Shown: one piece after another, positions 46,797 to 59,600 of the stretch
How positions within the stretch are numbered: the first letter of the stretch is position 1
How the letters are laid out: each line of letters starts with the position of its first letter
Assembly: GCA_008632985.1 (NCBI GenBank)
Contig: QPGO01000145.1
Coordinates: forward strand, 124,001 to 188,000
Reading direction: 5' to 3'
DNA from: Psammoneis japonica
Lineage: Eukaryota
DNA: 64,000 bases
Program-made: the position numbers and the translations under genes
Notes under the pieces: generated by a model
Told to the model about the DNA's origin: nothing
What the model saw: only the letters and a program-made list of their open reading frames with translations
The model's database searches: none

Positions 46797-48079
46797 ATGA
46801 GCGAATGAAAGAACAAGTGACTGGACGTTGCTGCAGCTGCTGCTGAGAGTCAAGCCAGAAAGAAGCAAAAGACACCCCGAGACGCAAACAGCGCGAGCAA
46901 GGAAAAGATTCTCTGCAGTGTTTGTGCTGCCAAAAAGAGCGACTTTTTGAAAGGCCAATGCAAATGGGCAAGCAAGGGCGAGAACGCCATGTGTCACGGT
47001 TGTTGGAATCAAGAGCAAGAGGCCAAACGGGCCGAGAGAGAAGCCAAGAGAAAGGCCACAGAGGCCGAGCAGAACGCGAAAAAAGATGCGCCACTGTCTC
47101 GACCCAGAAAATGCAGTGGCTGTGGCCTTGCGAAAGCAAAAGAAGAGTTTTCTGCCTTTCAATGGGCTGGCAGAGAAGACAGCATCTCTTTCAAATGGCA
47201 TCACGACGACTGCGGCTGGATTTCCTTGTCGGAAGATGTGTTTGAACGCATTGAGCAAGGCGAGGCTTGCGGAAAGTGCCTTGAGCGCCATCCTAAAGTA
47301 GAAGAAGATCGTCACAGAGCAGAGAAGGCAAGACTTGAGGAAATTCAAAGAAGGGAGTGTAAGTGGCAGAGCTTGAGAATGTGCAGATGCTCCAAGTCTT
47401 TTGAATTTCCAGAAGACTTGTGCCATTTTCAGCCCACCTGCCTGCATCTGACACTCTTGTTGGAGAGCATGATGTGATTTATCATCATGGCTTTTTGGGT
47501 GGTAAAGGCAGAGTGCAAAGTGCGGTTGATGCAACATTGACTCTCACTCACAATGAGGAGAAATTGAGTGGATGCGTTGTGTTTGCCAACGAAGATGCAG
47601 ATGAAGGATGGGACTGACCGAACTTTAACTTTGAAGAAAGCTCCAGAGCCAATGACGGAATTGGTTTCAACATCGTCAAGTTCCCGGCAGATTGGGAAAC
47701 CGAACATGGAGCGGAAGGATGCACTCAGGTGTTGGACAAGTGCATTGCGTGCCGATGGATTCTCGAGGAAAACACATTGGCAGGTGATGACGATGACGAG
47801 AGGTGCAATGGCTTCATTCCGAGATTCAACAGTGCCGAAGAAGCGGATGCCCACTTGCAGCGGCAACTGCCGGAAAACTCGTGGATGATTGGACACTTGG
47901 GACTTGACCCGGGTCTTGTTTCCTCAGTGAATGAACATGCGAGACCCTGGACACCAAGCCCTCCTGTCTTTTTCTTTGAAGAAGGCGACCTGTGGACAGA
48001 TGTGGCATGGTGTGACCACGGAGAGAATTGTTTCTCTTTTTTCATTGCTCGACGACGAACCACGAATGAATGTCATTAG
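46797..48079 (+). pseudogene. Hypermutated inverted duplicate of the 29558-31117 zinc-finger gene
   Basis: CGA->TGA stops at codons 4 and 8. Tyr losses: GEYDV->GEHDV, TEYG->TEHG, AYLQ->AHLQ, NEYARP->NEHARP, WY->WC. Fewer CxxC repeats. Confidence 0.93.
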
Positions 48080-48305
48080 ACAGCCGACTTTTGGCAATGA
48101 CGTCACTTTCTGGGCTGGTGCTTTCTCTAAAGCGTAAAATTTTGAGGTCTGAGAACAATGTAAGAAAGAATGTAGAGACAAAACAAAAGCATTGTGTCCA
48201 CATTAAACATGCAATGAAGGAAAGCATTTGAGCGAATGCTCCATTGCACAATGCCTTTTCTCTGTTCCTGGATGTGCCTGAAATTGTCATCGGCAGGTTG
48301 CAGGG

Positions 48306-51300
48306 TGACAGGGATCCCACATGCCCTTTTTACATTGGAACCTCATGACCGAAGACAACATGTCTTCAGCCCAGTTCATGATTGAAATTTGCCGATCTTT
48401 CAGAGTGTTTCATCAACCTGTCAGAATCCATCCGACATGGACATCATGTCGATTCTGAGACTGGCTCAGAATCTCTCACAACTTCTAGACAACGCATTGT
48501 CGCAAGGTGCTGCTCCTAGATTTAGCTTTTGGCTCACTCTCTCCTGTTTGTGCATGGACTTGATTCCCAAGACACTCTCAGGCGAGCACCCAGTTCTTTC
48601 CCATCTTCTGTCATGGTTGCAACTCTTCCGGTTTGGTCCAACACGACCGCTTCTTTTAAGCCGAGTGCTGGTTGCGCGTCTCGCAATGCTTCCTCTCGCA
48701 AGCCGTCTTCGCACGCACTTTCTTCGCAAGAAGTTTTCACGGTCCACGGGCGCTCCGTCGATGACATCCCCATAGCCGACCCTCGTGACCGTTGTCACAA
48801 TGTTGATGCTGGATCTGTTGTCCAGCATGCTGGCATGTACACCGCACATCGTCGTCACACTCGTCGCGTGACCCAGGGCGTGCACCACACCCCGACCCGT
48901 CGCATCAAGTGCGCATCTGCACCAATGTCCAAGCCGCCTCCCAAGCCCTTGCAGCAGGCCCCCAGGCGCAACAAGGTCTCAACCCATTGTTCTCAACGTG
49001 CCATCAACCGCATGCTCACTGCCTCTGCCGACCCTGTGGATTTGAGCGCCGTGTTGGCTCATCTGTCTGTGGCCTTTGCAACGGCAAAACCGTCAATTTG
49101 CCCAGGGCCACTTCCGGTGCTTCACAGCCAACTCGCAAGCGTGCCAAGACTGCTCGCCGTCATGCCCAGCGTGCTCTCCATCGCTCCATTGCTTCGGCAA
49201 AATGCACTCCGGCTCCTGCTCTGCCCACACCTGATGAGCTCTGTCTCTCTCGTGTCAAAGCCAACGTCCGCATTGCTCTCAGCGAACGCCTTGCTCAGGC
49301 CCAGGCCCGCGTCGATCGTCTCCAACTGGAGACTGACAAGATCCACTCCAACTTCCGTGTCATGAAGCACTCCCGTGCTCGACTCGACAATTTGTTGGAA
49401 CAAGCCGCCCTTGGTGAATCCGATCTTTTTGACCCCGAGCACAATCTCTGTGACCGCGCGATCCGCAACCAATTGATGGAAGTCAATGACTCTTTGGACA
49501 TTCTGGATGTAGATTTGGACACTTTGCACAACCGCGTTCGGAAACCTTCCGCACCTGATGACCCTGAACCTTCTGCTCACTTTTCCAGGCCGTGACCCCG
49601 TCGACGTCGTGCCAAATCCCAGTTGAGACAATCACTCAAGATGATGCCCAACCAGGAACGCCGCGCCTTGCACTCCCACCGTCGCCGCCATGGCATGTCT
49701 CGATCCGAACCCTTTCACCATCCTGACGCCGATTCATGTTTTCAGCCCGACGCAAGAAAATGTCAAGACAGTGGCCCTCCGCAGTCTCCGCACCCCTCGT
49801 CAGATCAATTCATCTGTGCAACTGTTGAAACCGTCCGTTCTGACCAAGATGATGTTCCGGTTCAAGGGGGGTCTCAACCTGCTGCTGATGACTCGCCACC
49901 CAATGTTGCTGCACCCCTGGGGTCCCCAGAGGCATTCCCTCCACTTTCATCTCCAACGGATCGTGCCACCCCTGCACTCTCACATGTCAACCCATCCTCT
50001 TCAACATCTGCGCCTCACCTTTTTGATGTTGTTGCTCCCATGTTGCACGAAATGGACAAAGCTCTGACAAGGCCCTTGCCTCTCCCTCTCGTGCAAATTC
50101 TGTTGGCTCGTCTGCTCCCCCTGAGTCACACACCTCTGATGCTCCCGATCTCTCCGTGGACGATGACACAACATCAAGTTCGCCTCGCAACCTTCGATGC
50201 TCTTTTTGATGCCCAGCAAGCTCTCGCACCATTTTTCCATCGCAAGAATGAAAATGCCGTTGCGCTTCGCGACACCATTGACTCAACCAAAAACTGTCTT
50301 TTGAGTGCCTCCTTTGCCGTCATCCGGCTTGTGAAGCCAGCAACCTTGCACTTCGTCATTTTCAGGATGTGATGTGCGACGCCGAGTCCCTTTGTCTGGA
50401 ACTCATGTTCCGTCTTGCTCTCACGCCGCGACGACATCCCGCGTCCCCGTCTGACCATCCCTCATCAGCTGACGGCACTGTCTTCCATCATGGTGCGACC
50501 GAGCGCTCCTCGGAATCCTTGTCAAATTCTCTGATGAAGCACGCGTCCCATGCAAACTTGAGCACTCTGAAACACCATCAGAACCACACACGCGATGACA
50601 CAAATTTTGCGCATTTTTGAATGACTTGCGCGGGACCTTTGCATCTTTTCTGGAATTCAATGGCATTCTCAATGACTTTCCTTCTGTCCCTCTTCGCCCA
50701 CTTCCAGACCATGCTGACAGCGCTCTTTGTGCTCTCCTCTGGATGCATGTGGATGCAACGCACCAATCTGACATCTCCGACCTTGCACCCCGCTCTGGCA
50801 AACTTGCTCTCGAGGAACTCCAATTGCGGTGCATGCCCATCACCCAGGAGCACAGCAATTGCTGTTCCAACAACTGCCTGCAGGTCTTCCGCAACTCCGA
50901 CGAGTCCGCAAGCAGCTTCATCCAACACTTTGAGCGAAAACTCTGAAACCACAAAAACGCCGGCCTCCCGGTCAAGACTGATGTGGAAATTAGCACCCCA
51001 TTTTCTCAGCCAAATGGGCAGCCATCCTCGATGCGATGCATCGATCAAGCAATTCGAACCCGAATTCTGCACTGCCGCCATCTCTCCATTGCCTCCGCTC
51101 CTCACTTCAAGGACATCCGGCAAACTTTTTATGACATTGACGAGCAGCATCACAACCAGCAGCATCGTGACCGTCTTTCAAATGGCTCTCGCTCCCGCTC
51201 TCACAACAACCACGCTCATCTTGCTTCCGCCAAACGCAATCCTTGGAATGCTCCTCGACAGCAACGCCAACAACGTTGCCCACCCCTGCCTGGCGCAACC

Positions 51301-54300
51301 GAGATCTGCGACCACTGTGGAAAGTGCAACCACAATGCGCCAAGTGTTGTTCTTGCCTCTGCGATTTGAAGAATGGCGCGCCCAAGGAAAACCCTGCTGC
51401 CAAGCCTCCTCACGACCTGAGCAAAATCACCTGTTTTCACTGCAAGAAAAAGGGTCACCTTCATCCAGATTGTCCCGAGCTTGCAAAGGACGCAAAACAA
51501 ACCGCTCTTGCGGCCACTGCACCCACCATGCATTGCCAAGCAACGGCACCTCCACCAAACGGCCAAATCATTTTCTGTGTCACTCACACTGACATGGAGG
51601 ACACTCACTCTTTTGTCTCCTCCTCCTCAGACTCCACCCCGCCTCTGGAATCATGCCACATTTCCTTCGACGACGATTCCTCGGCCGACTCCTCCAACAG
51701 TGACACCATTGCATCCTCATTGACTCATGGAACAATGCCAACATTGTCCCTCCAGGACCTTCTTGCTGACACTGATTCGACTCATGGCAACAACATCTCA
51801 TCCGCCAGCTTGGCCTCCTCTGGTCCGCCGCCTCTTGCATTTCATGACCGAGACTCCAGCACGGAATCTTCACTCACTGTGCCGTCTTTGCTTGTCACTC
51901 AAGCACACCCGACAACACCACGGCCTCCACTTTTGGTGCACCGCCTCCCGGGCACTCTGCTGCGGCACCCCCTTTCTGCTTTGACTGCCACGACACTTTC
52001 ACCATGGAATCTTTTGCCACCAGGCCCACTGCAGTCTCTGATGATGACAACGACTCCGTCATCTCTGACATCAGCTTCGACCTCATGGATGCAGCCGACA
52101 CTGCCCCCTGTCACCCATGCAACACCTCTGCTGATCACGTTCAAATTGCATGCATGGCCGATGATCCCAGTCAATGCCAACCTCAACAAATGCCCCGCGA
52201 CACTGACCTCACCGACATCTGCAGTTGGTTTGTTGACTCTGGTGCTTCATCTCACTTCGTCCGTCATGACTCACTCGACAACAGTGCCCCCTGCCACGTT
52301 CCTGTTGTGATTGCCGACGGCACCACAGTCCATGCCACGACAGTCGGATCCGTCACTTTGCACTTTCAGGATGACCAAGGACACCCGGTCAACCTTGTCC
52401 TTGATCGTGTTCATCACATCCCGGGGCTCAATCGGAGCTTGTTCTTGGCACCCTCCTTCACGGCCAATGAACTCTTCAACATCCGAATCACCACCAACAT
52501 CACGACGCTCGATTTTGGCAATGGGCACACTTTCAGTTTCCCGACACTCCGTCACAAGCGCTCCTGTCACAATGCCACCACTGACACAGCACCGACATCC
52601 ACTGCTGACCCCATTTTGATGGAAACAACCGACACCCAGAGCTCCTTGAAACCGATGACTCTTGCAATCGACCTTGACCTTGCAGGCCGCCGTTTCAGTT
52701 GTCGCTCCTCTCAGAGTCTTTTGGCAGGCACAGTTGGCAAAGTTTGGTGCGACTGCCACATTGCCCCCAGGACTGACAACTGTCTGGACAATGCGCGCAT
52801 CACCATCTCACGAAAGCTCAACCGCGCCAAGTGTGACCCGACTGAACCCACACACACATTTTCACGTGTGTTCATGGATGTAATTCCCAACCCTCGCACA
52901 GTCGCACTCACCCCAAAAACGTCTTTTCCCTGCCATCTCTTTTTGGCAACTCACAAAGGACACTGCTGCAGTGTTCGTGGTCTCGAGAGTCCATCATCTG
53001 GCAATGTCATCACCGCATTTAAATCATGGATGACCGACGCACAATCCCAGGGACAAGTCCAAGACATGAACTTCATCCGCGCTGACTCCGCGCAACATTT
53101 CCTGTCCTCCGAATTTCTCGCCTTTGGGGAAGACAATGGCATCAAGGTCGAGGTCGCCGCTCCACGACACCAGGAACAAAATGGAGTCGCTGAACACATG
53201 TGGCAGGTTGTCAGCAACATGATCCGCTGTCTGCTTGTCAACGCACGGCTCTCGGCACACTTCTACCATCATGCATTTGTTCATGCCGTCGCCATCCTGA
53301 ATGTCCTCCCAGCTAAAGGCACACGGCTGCCTGATGGCTCTTCAGCTACGCCGCACTTCCACGCATTCAACAAACTCCCCAAGATTGGCAACTTCCGTGT
53401 TTTTGGATGCCCCGTCACTTTTGACAGATGCCAACCCCTCAACCCAGAAACTCGTCGCCCGACCACCACCCAACAACAGATTCAATGTCGATCTTGATGC
53501 ATCCACATCGGTTTTGCACCAAACCAAGCTGGGTGCCTCATTCATGTTCCCGAGGGCATCGGCACCAAGAATCTGATTGTTGTGTGCGACGCTGTTTTCG
53601 ACGAACTATTTGATTCGTCTCTCGTTCATGACCACGTCCCTTTCTCTGGTGCCCTCCCGATCTGGAACATCTCCAACAATGCCTCTGGTCTCAAGACACA
53701 CAACAAGACCCCAGCAGATGAACATGCGGGCACCATTCAAGATTTCTTTGATGTTGACTCACCCCCTCCTTCCTCCACTCTCGCCAAAGCGCCTCCGGAC
53801 TCCGACAAATCCGATTCGGACCCACCGTCTCCTGCACCTGCTGCAACCGGCCTCAGACGAGCTGCTCGCATCAACGCCGGCCACCGCACATCCATGCGCT
53901 TCGCAGATGAAGAGCAGCTGTGTGCCATCTCCTCCACTCCCCCAGTCGACCTCCTCGAGCAAACTCTCTTCGATGACTCGCCAGCCATGGAATCTGTGCA
54001 CAGTGCCTTGATCGAATCTCCTTGGCCTGACCACAACTGGCATCAATGCCCGGATCCTTTGCAACAAGCTTTGGAAGCCGTCAAGGCCACCACTTCAACC
54101 CCCATTGATGACTGCTCACCCGTTCCTCGCTCTTTTCGAGCCATCCTCAGACAACCTCCCGCGATTCACGATGCCTGGCTGCGTGCTGTCCGATCCGAGC
54201 TCAAGAACCTCACAGTGGACAATGAAACCTTTGCTCTTCACGAATGTCCCCGTCCAGACGATGAGATCATCGGCACCACCCTTGCTCTCCGTGCCAAAGA

Positions 54301-56177
54301 GAAATCCGACGGCTCTCTGGAGAAACTCAAGGCTCGATGCTGCGCGCGCGGCGACGTGCAACGCAAATCAGCCGATGACGACAATTGGTCTCCAAATGCA
54401 TCCTCTCGTGCCATCAAGCTCTTTCTAGCCTTTGCTGCGAAGGCCAAACGACACGTCAAGAATGGTGACTTTGTCGGTGCTTACCTTCAGGCCCCAGCTC
54501 AAGGCCGTCTCTTTGTCCGCTTCAACCCAATTCTGAAGCAACACTTTCCCGAGCATGCCGAACATTTTGGTGTGCCCCTCCGCCTCAAGAAGGGCATGTG
54601 CAGGACCATCCGCAGCAGTCTTTGGTGGTCCACCGAGCTCTCCGAATTTTGCTTGCCAAGGATGCACCAATTCCAAGGCAGACCCCACCTTCTTCGCCAA
54701 GCACTTCCCTGACGGCTCACATGTCAAGCTCATCTTCTGCACGGACGACATCATCTGTTTTGGGTCTCACGATGGAGTCGAGAAGGATTTTGAGAACCTC
54801 GTACGATCCAGGCACAACATTGCATTCAACGGTGACGTCACCTGGTTCTTGCAAATGTGCATTCACCGATGCGCCGATGGCTCCTTCTCTCTCGACCAAC
54901 ATCGATGCATGCGCAATCTCCTCAAGCGGTTTCTCACTCCCAACTCACCTTGGGGCAGCCCCAGCTTTCAGGATGCTCCAGCTCTCGTTGATTGTGTGCA
55001 CTCCAAGTTGAATCAACCCAAGGATGCCGTCAAATCCAAGCAAATTGCAAACAAGTGTCCCGGACTCCATTTTCGCTCCGCTGTCTGCTCCATCCTCTAT
55101 CTCGCTTGCAACACTCGCGCTGACATGCTTTGGATCACCTGCAAACTTGCAAAGGCTTGCACCAACCCCGGCATGAAAGATTTCGATGCTCTCATTCATC
55201 TTTTTGGCCACCTCCACAAACATCAAGACCTTGCCATCAAATTTTGTTCCGGTCCCACCATGAGCCCTGTTCACGCGATTTGCAAAGCTCACAATGTCAG
55301 TCATTCTGAATTTGTGGTCTTCACTGATGCCAGCTGGCAAGACTGTCCGGACACCGCTAAGTCAACTGTTGGATTTATGGTCCACTTCAATGGGGCAACA
55401 GTGGAAGCCAATTCCACTGTCCCAACTCCTGTGGCAATGTCCGCCGCCAAATCCAAGTGGATGGGTGCCTGCACTGGTGCTGTGGCTGTCACTCACCTGC
55501 GCATGTTGGCACACGACTTCACCTTCCTTGGCACCCGCCACTGCTCCATTGACTCCCAACGCCTCTCCACTGCTCCCACCATCCTCATGTTGGACAACCA
55601 AGCAGCAGCCCAAATGGCCCAAAATGACCAACAGACTTGACGAACCTGACACATCGAGTGACGTTTCCAATGTGTCCATGAAGGCCAGTGCCTTGGTCAT
55701 CACTTGCTTGTTTGGGTCCCTGCTGAAAGTCAATTGGCGGACTGCCTCACCAAAACTCAATGTGCAGACAAAATTTGGGTCATGGTCGACCGTGTCCCAT
55801 GGCGTCTCCCTGCACACATGTTGTCATGAGCTTCTTGTCATCTTCCCTCATTCGGTTCAAGGGGGGTGACAGGGATCCCACATGCCCTTTTTATGTTGGA
55901 ACCTCATGACCAAAGACAACACATCTTCAGTCCAGTTTGTGATTGAAATTTGCCGATCTTTCGGAGTGCTTCATCAACCTGTCAGAATCTGTCTGATCTG
56001 GACATCATGTCAATTCTGAGACTGGCTCAGAATCTCTCACACAACTTCTGGACAACGCATTGTCGCAAGGTGCTGCTCCTGGATTTAGCTTCTAGCTTGC
56101 TCTCTCCTGTTTGTGCACAGACTTGATCACCCAAGACACTCTCAGGCGAGTGCCCAGTTCTTTCCCATCTTCTGTCA
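48306..56177 (+). mobile_element. Full-length Ty1/Copia LTR retrotransposon (CoDi-like), hypermutated
   Basis: LTRs 48306-48613 and 55867-56177 (TGACAG...CTGTCA); TSD CAGGG; PPT AAGGGGGG. Gag knuckle CFHCKKKGHLHPDC, protease WFVDSGASSH, integrase IRADSA..EQNGVAE, RT ARCCARGD / DFVGAYLQ / IFCTDD, RNase H FTDASW, in PR-INT-RT-RH order. Confidence 0.95.
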
Positions 56178-56650
56178 CAGGGGCACACGTGTGGACACTT
56201 TGAACTTGAGAGGAAGTTCGCATTGATGTGACAGGTGCCAGGATTGGAACCACATGAACAACTCTTTCGAGCTGTTGCAACAAATCCAATGCTGACTCTT
56301 CCTGAATTGCCAGCACCGAAACGGTGAAAGAAGAAATCACTCTCAAAAGGCGGGTCGTTGAAACATTGTTCGTGCAGCCCCCAAAAACAATTCGAAAGCA
56401 TGTAAAAATTTGTGGCACTTTTGCAAGCATCAGAGCAAGAAGAAGCACCAAGTCTTGCACAATGAAACTAAAGAAATTGCTTCACTTTCTTTCCTTTGCC
56501 GTCTTCTTCCCCGTCTCTCACTTCGTCCTTGACCCGAGCAATGCTGGCAGCATCCACCACAACCATGCCCACTGTGTGTTCATGGTCAGCTCCCAAGAAT
56601 TCCTGACTCTTGATGGCTGTGGCAATGGCACTTGCCGGGTTCGGATGGTG
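56178..56650 (-). pseudogene. Inverted duplicate of the Sec63 3' end and downstream intergenic DNA
   Basis: The minus strand reads AIKSQEFLGADHEHTVGMVVVDAASIARVKDEVRDGEE versus the intact AIKSQEFLGADQEHTVDAVVVDAASITRVEDEVSDGEE. It resumes for ~23 bp at 61694-61716 after the Gypsy. Confidence 0.9.
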
Positions 56651-59600
56651 TGCAGCATGCCTCGCTGCTGGACAACACGGCGAGACCGTGCATGAGCCTC
56701 TTGTGCGTGGCAACGCAGTGTTGTCAACACACACCTGGGAAGCACGACCACAGGAGGGTGTGGCTCCAGGTCTTGGGCAATTCCAGAAGGATGCTAAGAG
56801 AGCATCCGTGTGAAGCACACCAGCCCGTCGTCTGGCCCACGATGGCAGCGTGATTCCACACGATGACATCACTCGTGCACAGCGCGTGATGGCTTGATTC
56901 GCACGATCCACAATGCGAAGGCACAATCGATTTGATGCGATCCAAATGCGAACAAATGGGGATTTGGCAAGATTCCCCATTTGCACGATCCCACTTTCTC
57001 CACTCCAAACTGGCTCACAATTTTCACAACGACAAAGTCGCAACACATCTTCTTTTTCAGCGCCTGGCACATGCATGGGGCACAGCGACATTGCTCCCGC
57101 ATGTTGTGCGAGGTGACGAAATCTGCAGAAACGAAACTGCGAAATGTTGGTGGGACCGACAAATCTTAAAACGACCATGAAGAAGCGGATTGAGCCACCG
57201 ATTCCGTTCGCACGGCCGGAGAAGAAAGAGCTGCAGCAAGGCGAGTGCCAGACGTTCAAGCTGCGCAACAACCCTGCCAATCCGGATGGTCCAACGCACG
57301 AGATGGGCATTCCGCACCTTTCTGCGGCTGCATGCGAGACACTCCCAATCTTTCTGCACAACGTGGATCGCGTGCATGAAGGACAAAACATCACGGCTGG
57401 GCCAGCGAAATTTGCCCTCATGCGTGACCCACTGCAGGGCGATGCTCTGACGTCATTTGACAGTGCCGCTGACAAGCAGGCATCTCAAACCAACGCCACG
57501 TGCACAGCATGCGTCGCGAAGCTAAAGGAAAGCATCTTCCCACACAGGGCGGTGCCATTGCAGAAGCATTGTCTGAGGCGCTTCACGCGCAAGCCCGCAG
57601 AGGTTTCCACTCGTGACTGCATCGCGAGGGCTGTTGAAATTAACGGCTGTGTCTCTCAGTTTCCACCCATGACGGAGGATGGAGAAGCACCGGCACCATC
57701 ACCCAATGACGAACCATGCGACATGTTCGAGCACAGTGTGCCAAACGCATGGCAGAAGTTCATGACGCCACAGAATTTTGACCCGTTGGCGCACACTGTC
57801 GCCGAATTTGCACAGTTCTGCGAGCGCATCGAGCAGGTCGAGCTTGCTGAAGGTAACCTGGACCAACACACTAAGGTCCCACGCAAGCGGGGACGTAGAA
57901 CGGACAATCCTGAGTCGTTGATCACGACCCAACGGAACACCCAGAAGTCGTGCATGCTGCACGGGACCAACTGTGGACATCATGCGGAGGATTGCCGTCA
58001 GCTCAAGCACCACGCAAAACGTGTCAAGACTGGACATTCCAATGACGGAGGGCAGCAAACCTGATGCAAAACCTCGGAATGAGGAAGACATTGACACTCT
58101 CATCGGATCGAAGGTCGAGGAGTTCTTTGCCAACGCTCAGAAAAAACGCAAGGCACGCGAGGAGGAGCTCAATCACTTCCGCGACCTCAACTTAAGTGAT
58201 TCCGAAGATTCGGACACCTGAGAAGGGGGGCCGACACGACACAGGCACTTTTAACACATCAGATGAATGTATAAATGAACAACTGAATTACCATCGTACA
58301 CGTGTTGTAGGCCAATCCCGCAAACGAGTTAAAAAGACTCATCTTACTCCAATCTTGTTTATAGCTATGAATGCTAAACATGGCAAGGGCAAGACTCAAA
58401 CCATTAAGGCACTACTAGATAGTGGCGCCAGCAGCACTCTACTCGACAGTCGATACTGTAAACGTCTGCGAAGCCATTCAACGGCTGAGACAAACTGGAC
58501 TACGGTAGCAGGCTCGTTCAGTACGTCTAACGACTGTACCGTTAAATTTCGGTTACCAGAATTATCCGAAACGGAAACCGACCGGATTTCGCGTATTTTA
58601 GACGCTAAGTACGCGCCGGCCTGCCTCGAGGACATAACGCGAGGGGCAATAGAATTTTCTATTGTTCAACAAAACGACCTTTTGGCACTATAGAAACGCC
58701 ATGAGTCCTTATTTGATGGGACATTAGGAGAATGGAAGGGAGAACCCTACCATATCCAACTCAAGGAGGGTGTAGAACCATACCACGCTCGTCCGTATAA
58801 AGTACCTCGTGCGTACGAAGCTACGCTACGTAAAGAAGTAGAACGCCTAGTGCGCATTGGTGTTCTCAAACGCGTTAACCGATCCCAATGGGCAGCTCCA
58901 TCATTTATCACACCGAAGAAAGATTTAACGGTGCGCTTTATTAATGATTTGAGAGAGCTGAATAAACGGATCAAGCGATTGCCTTGTCCGATTCCTGATG
59001 TCCAAGACATGCTGCTTGAGCTCGAAGGCTTTATGTGGGCTGCATCGCTGGATTTAAATGCAGGCTGTCATCACATCCGATTGGATGCTGACAGTGAGAA
59101 GCTTTGCACGCTCATCTTCCCGTGGGGCAAGCATGAGATGCAGGCATTGCCCATGGGATTGTGCAACTCGCCAGACATTTTCCAAGAACGCATGTCAGGC
59201 TCATTTGAAGATCCATGGTTCGTTCGAACGCACTTAGATGACCTTCTCGTCGTGACGAAAGGCACCCATGAAGATCACCTCAACAAACTTGAAGAAGCTT
59301 TGTTGAGGGTCCAGAAAGCAGGACTAAAAGTTGACGCAACTAAATCTCACTTCTGTCAAACCCAACCAGAGTGCTTGGGCTGTCTGGTCAACAGAGACGG
59401 AACGCGACCAACACCTGACAAAGTGGACGCCATTGAGCGAGTCGCGACCCCAGCCAACAAACGCGACCTGCGCTCATTTGTTGGCATGGCGAATTGCTGC
59501 CGTGATGCGTGGATCAGACATTCTGAAGTCTTGGCTTCGCCAACACGACTCGCAAGCAAGACTGTCAAGTGGGAGTGGACGTCCATTGAAGACGAGGCGC

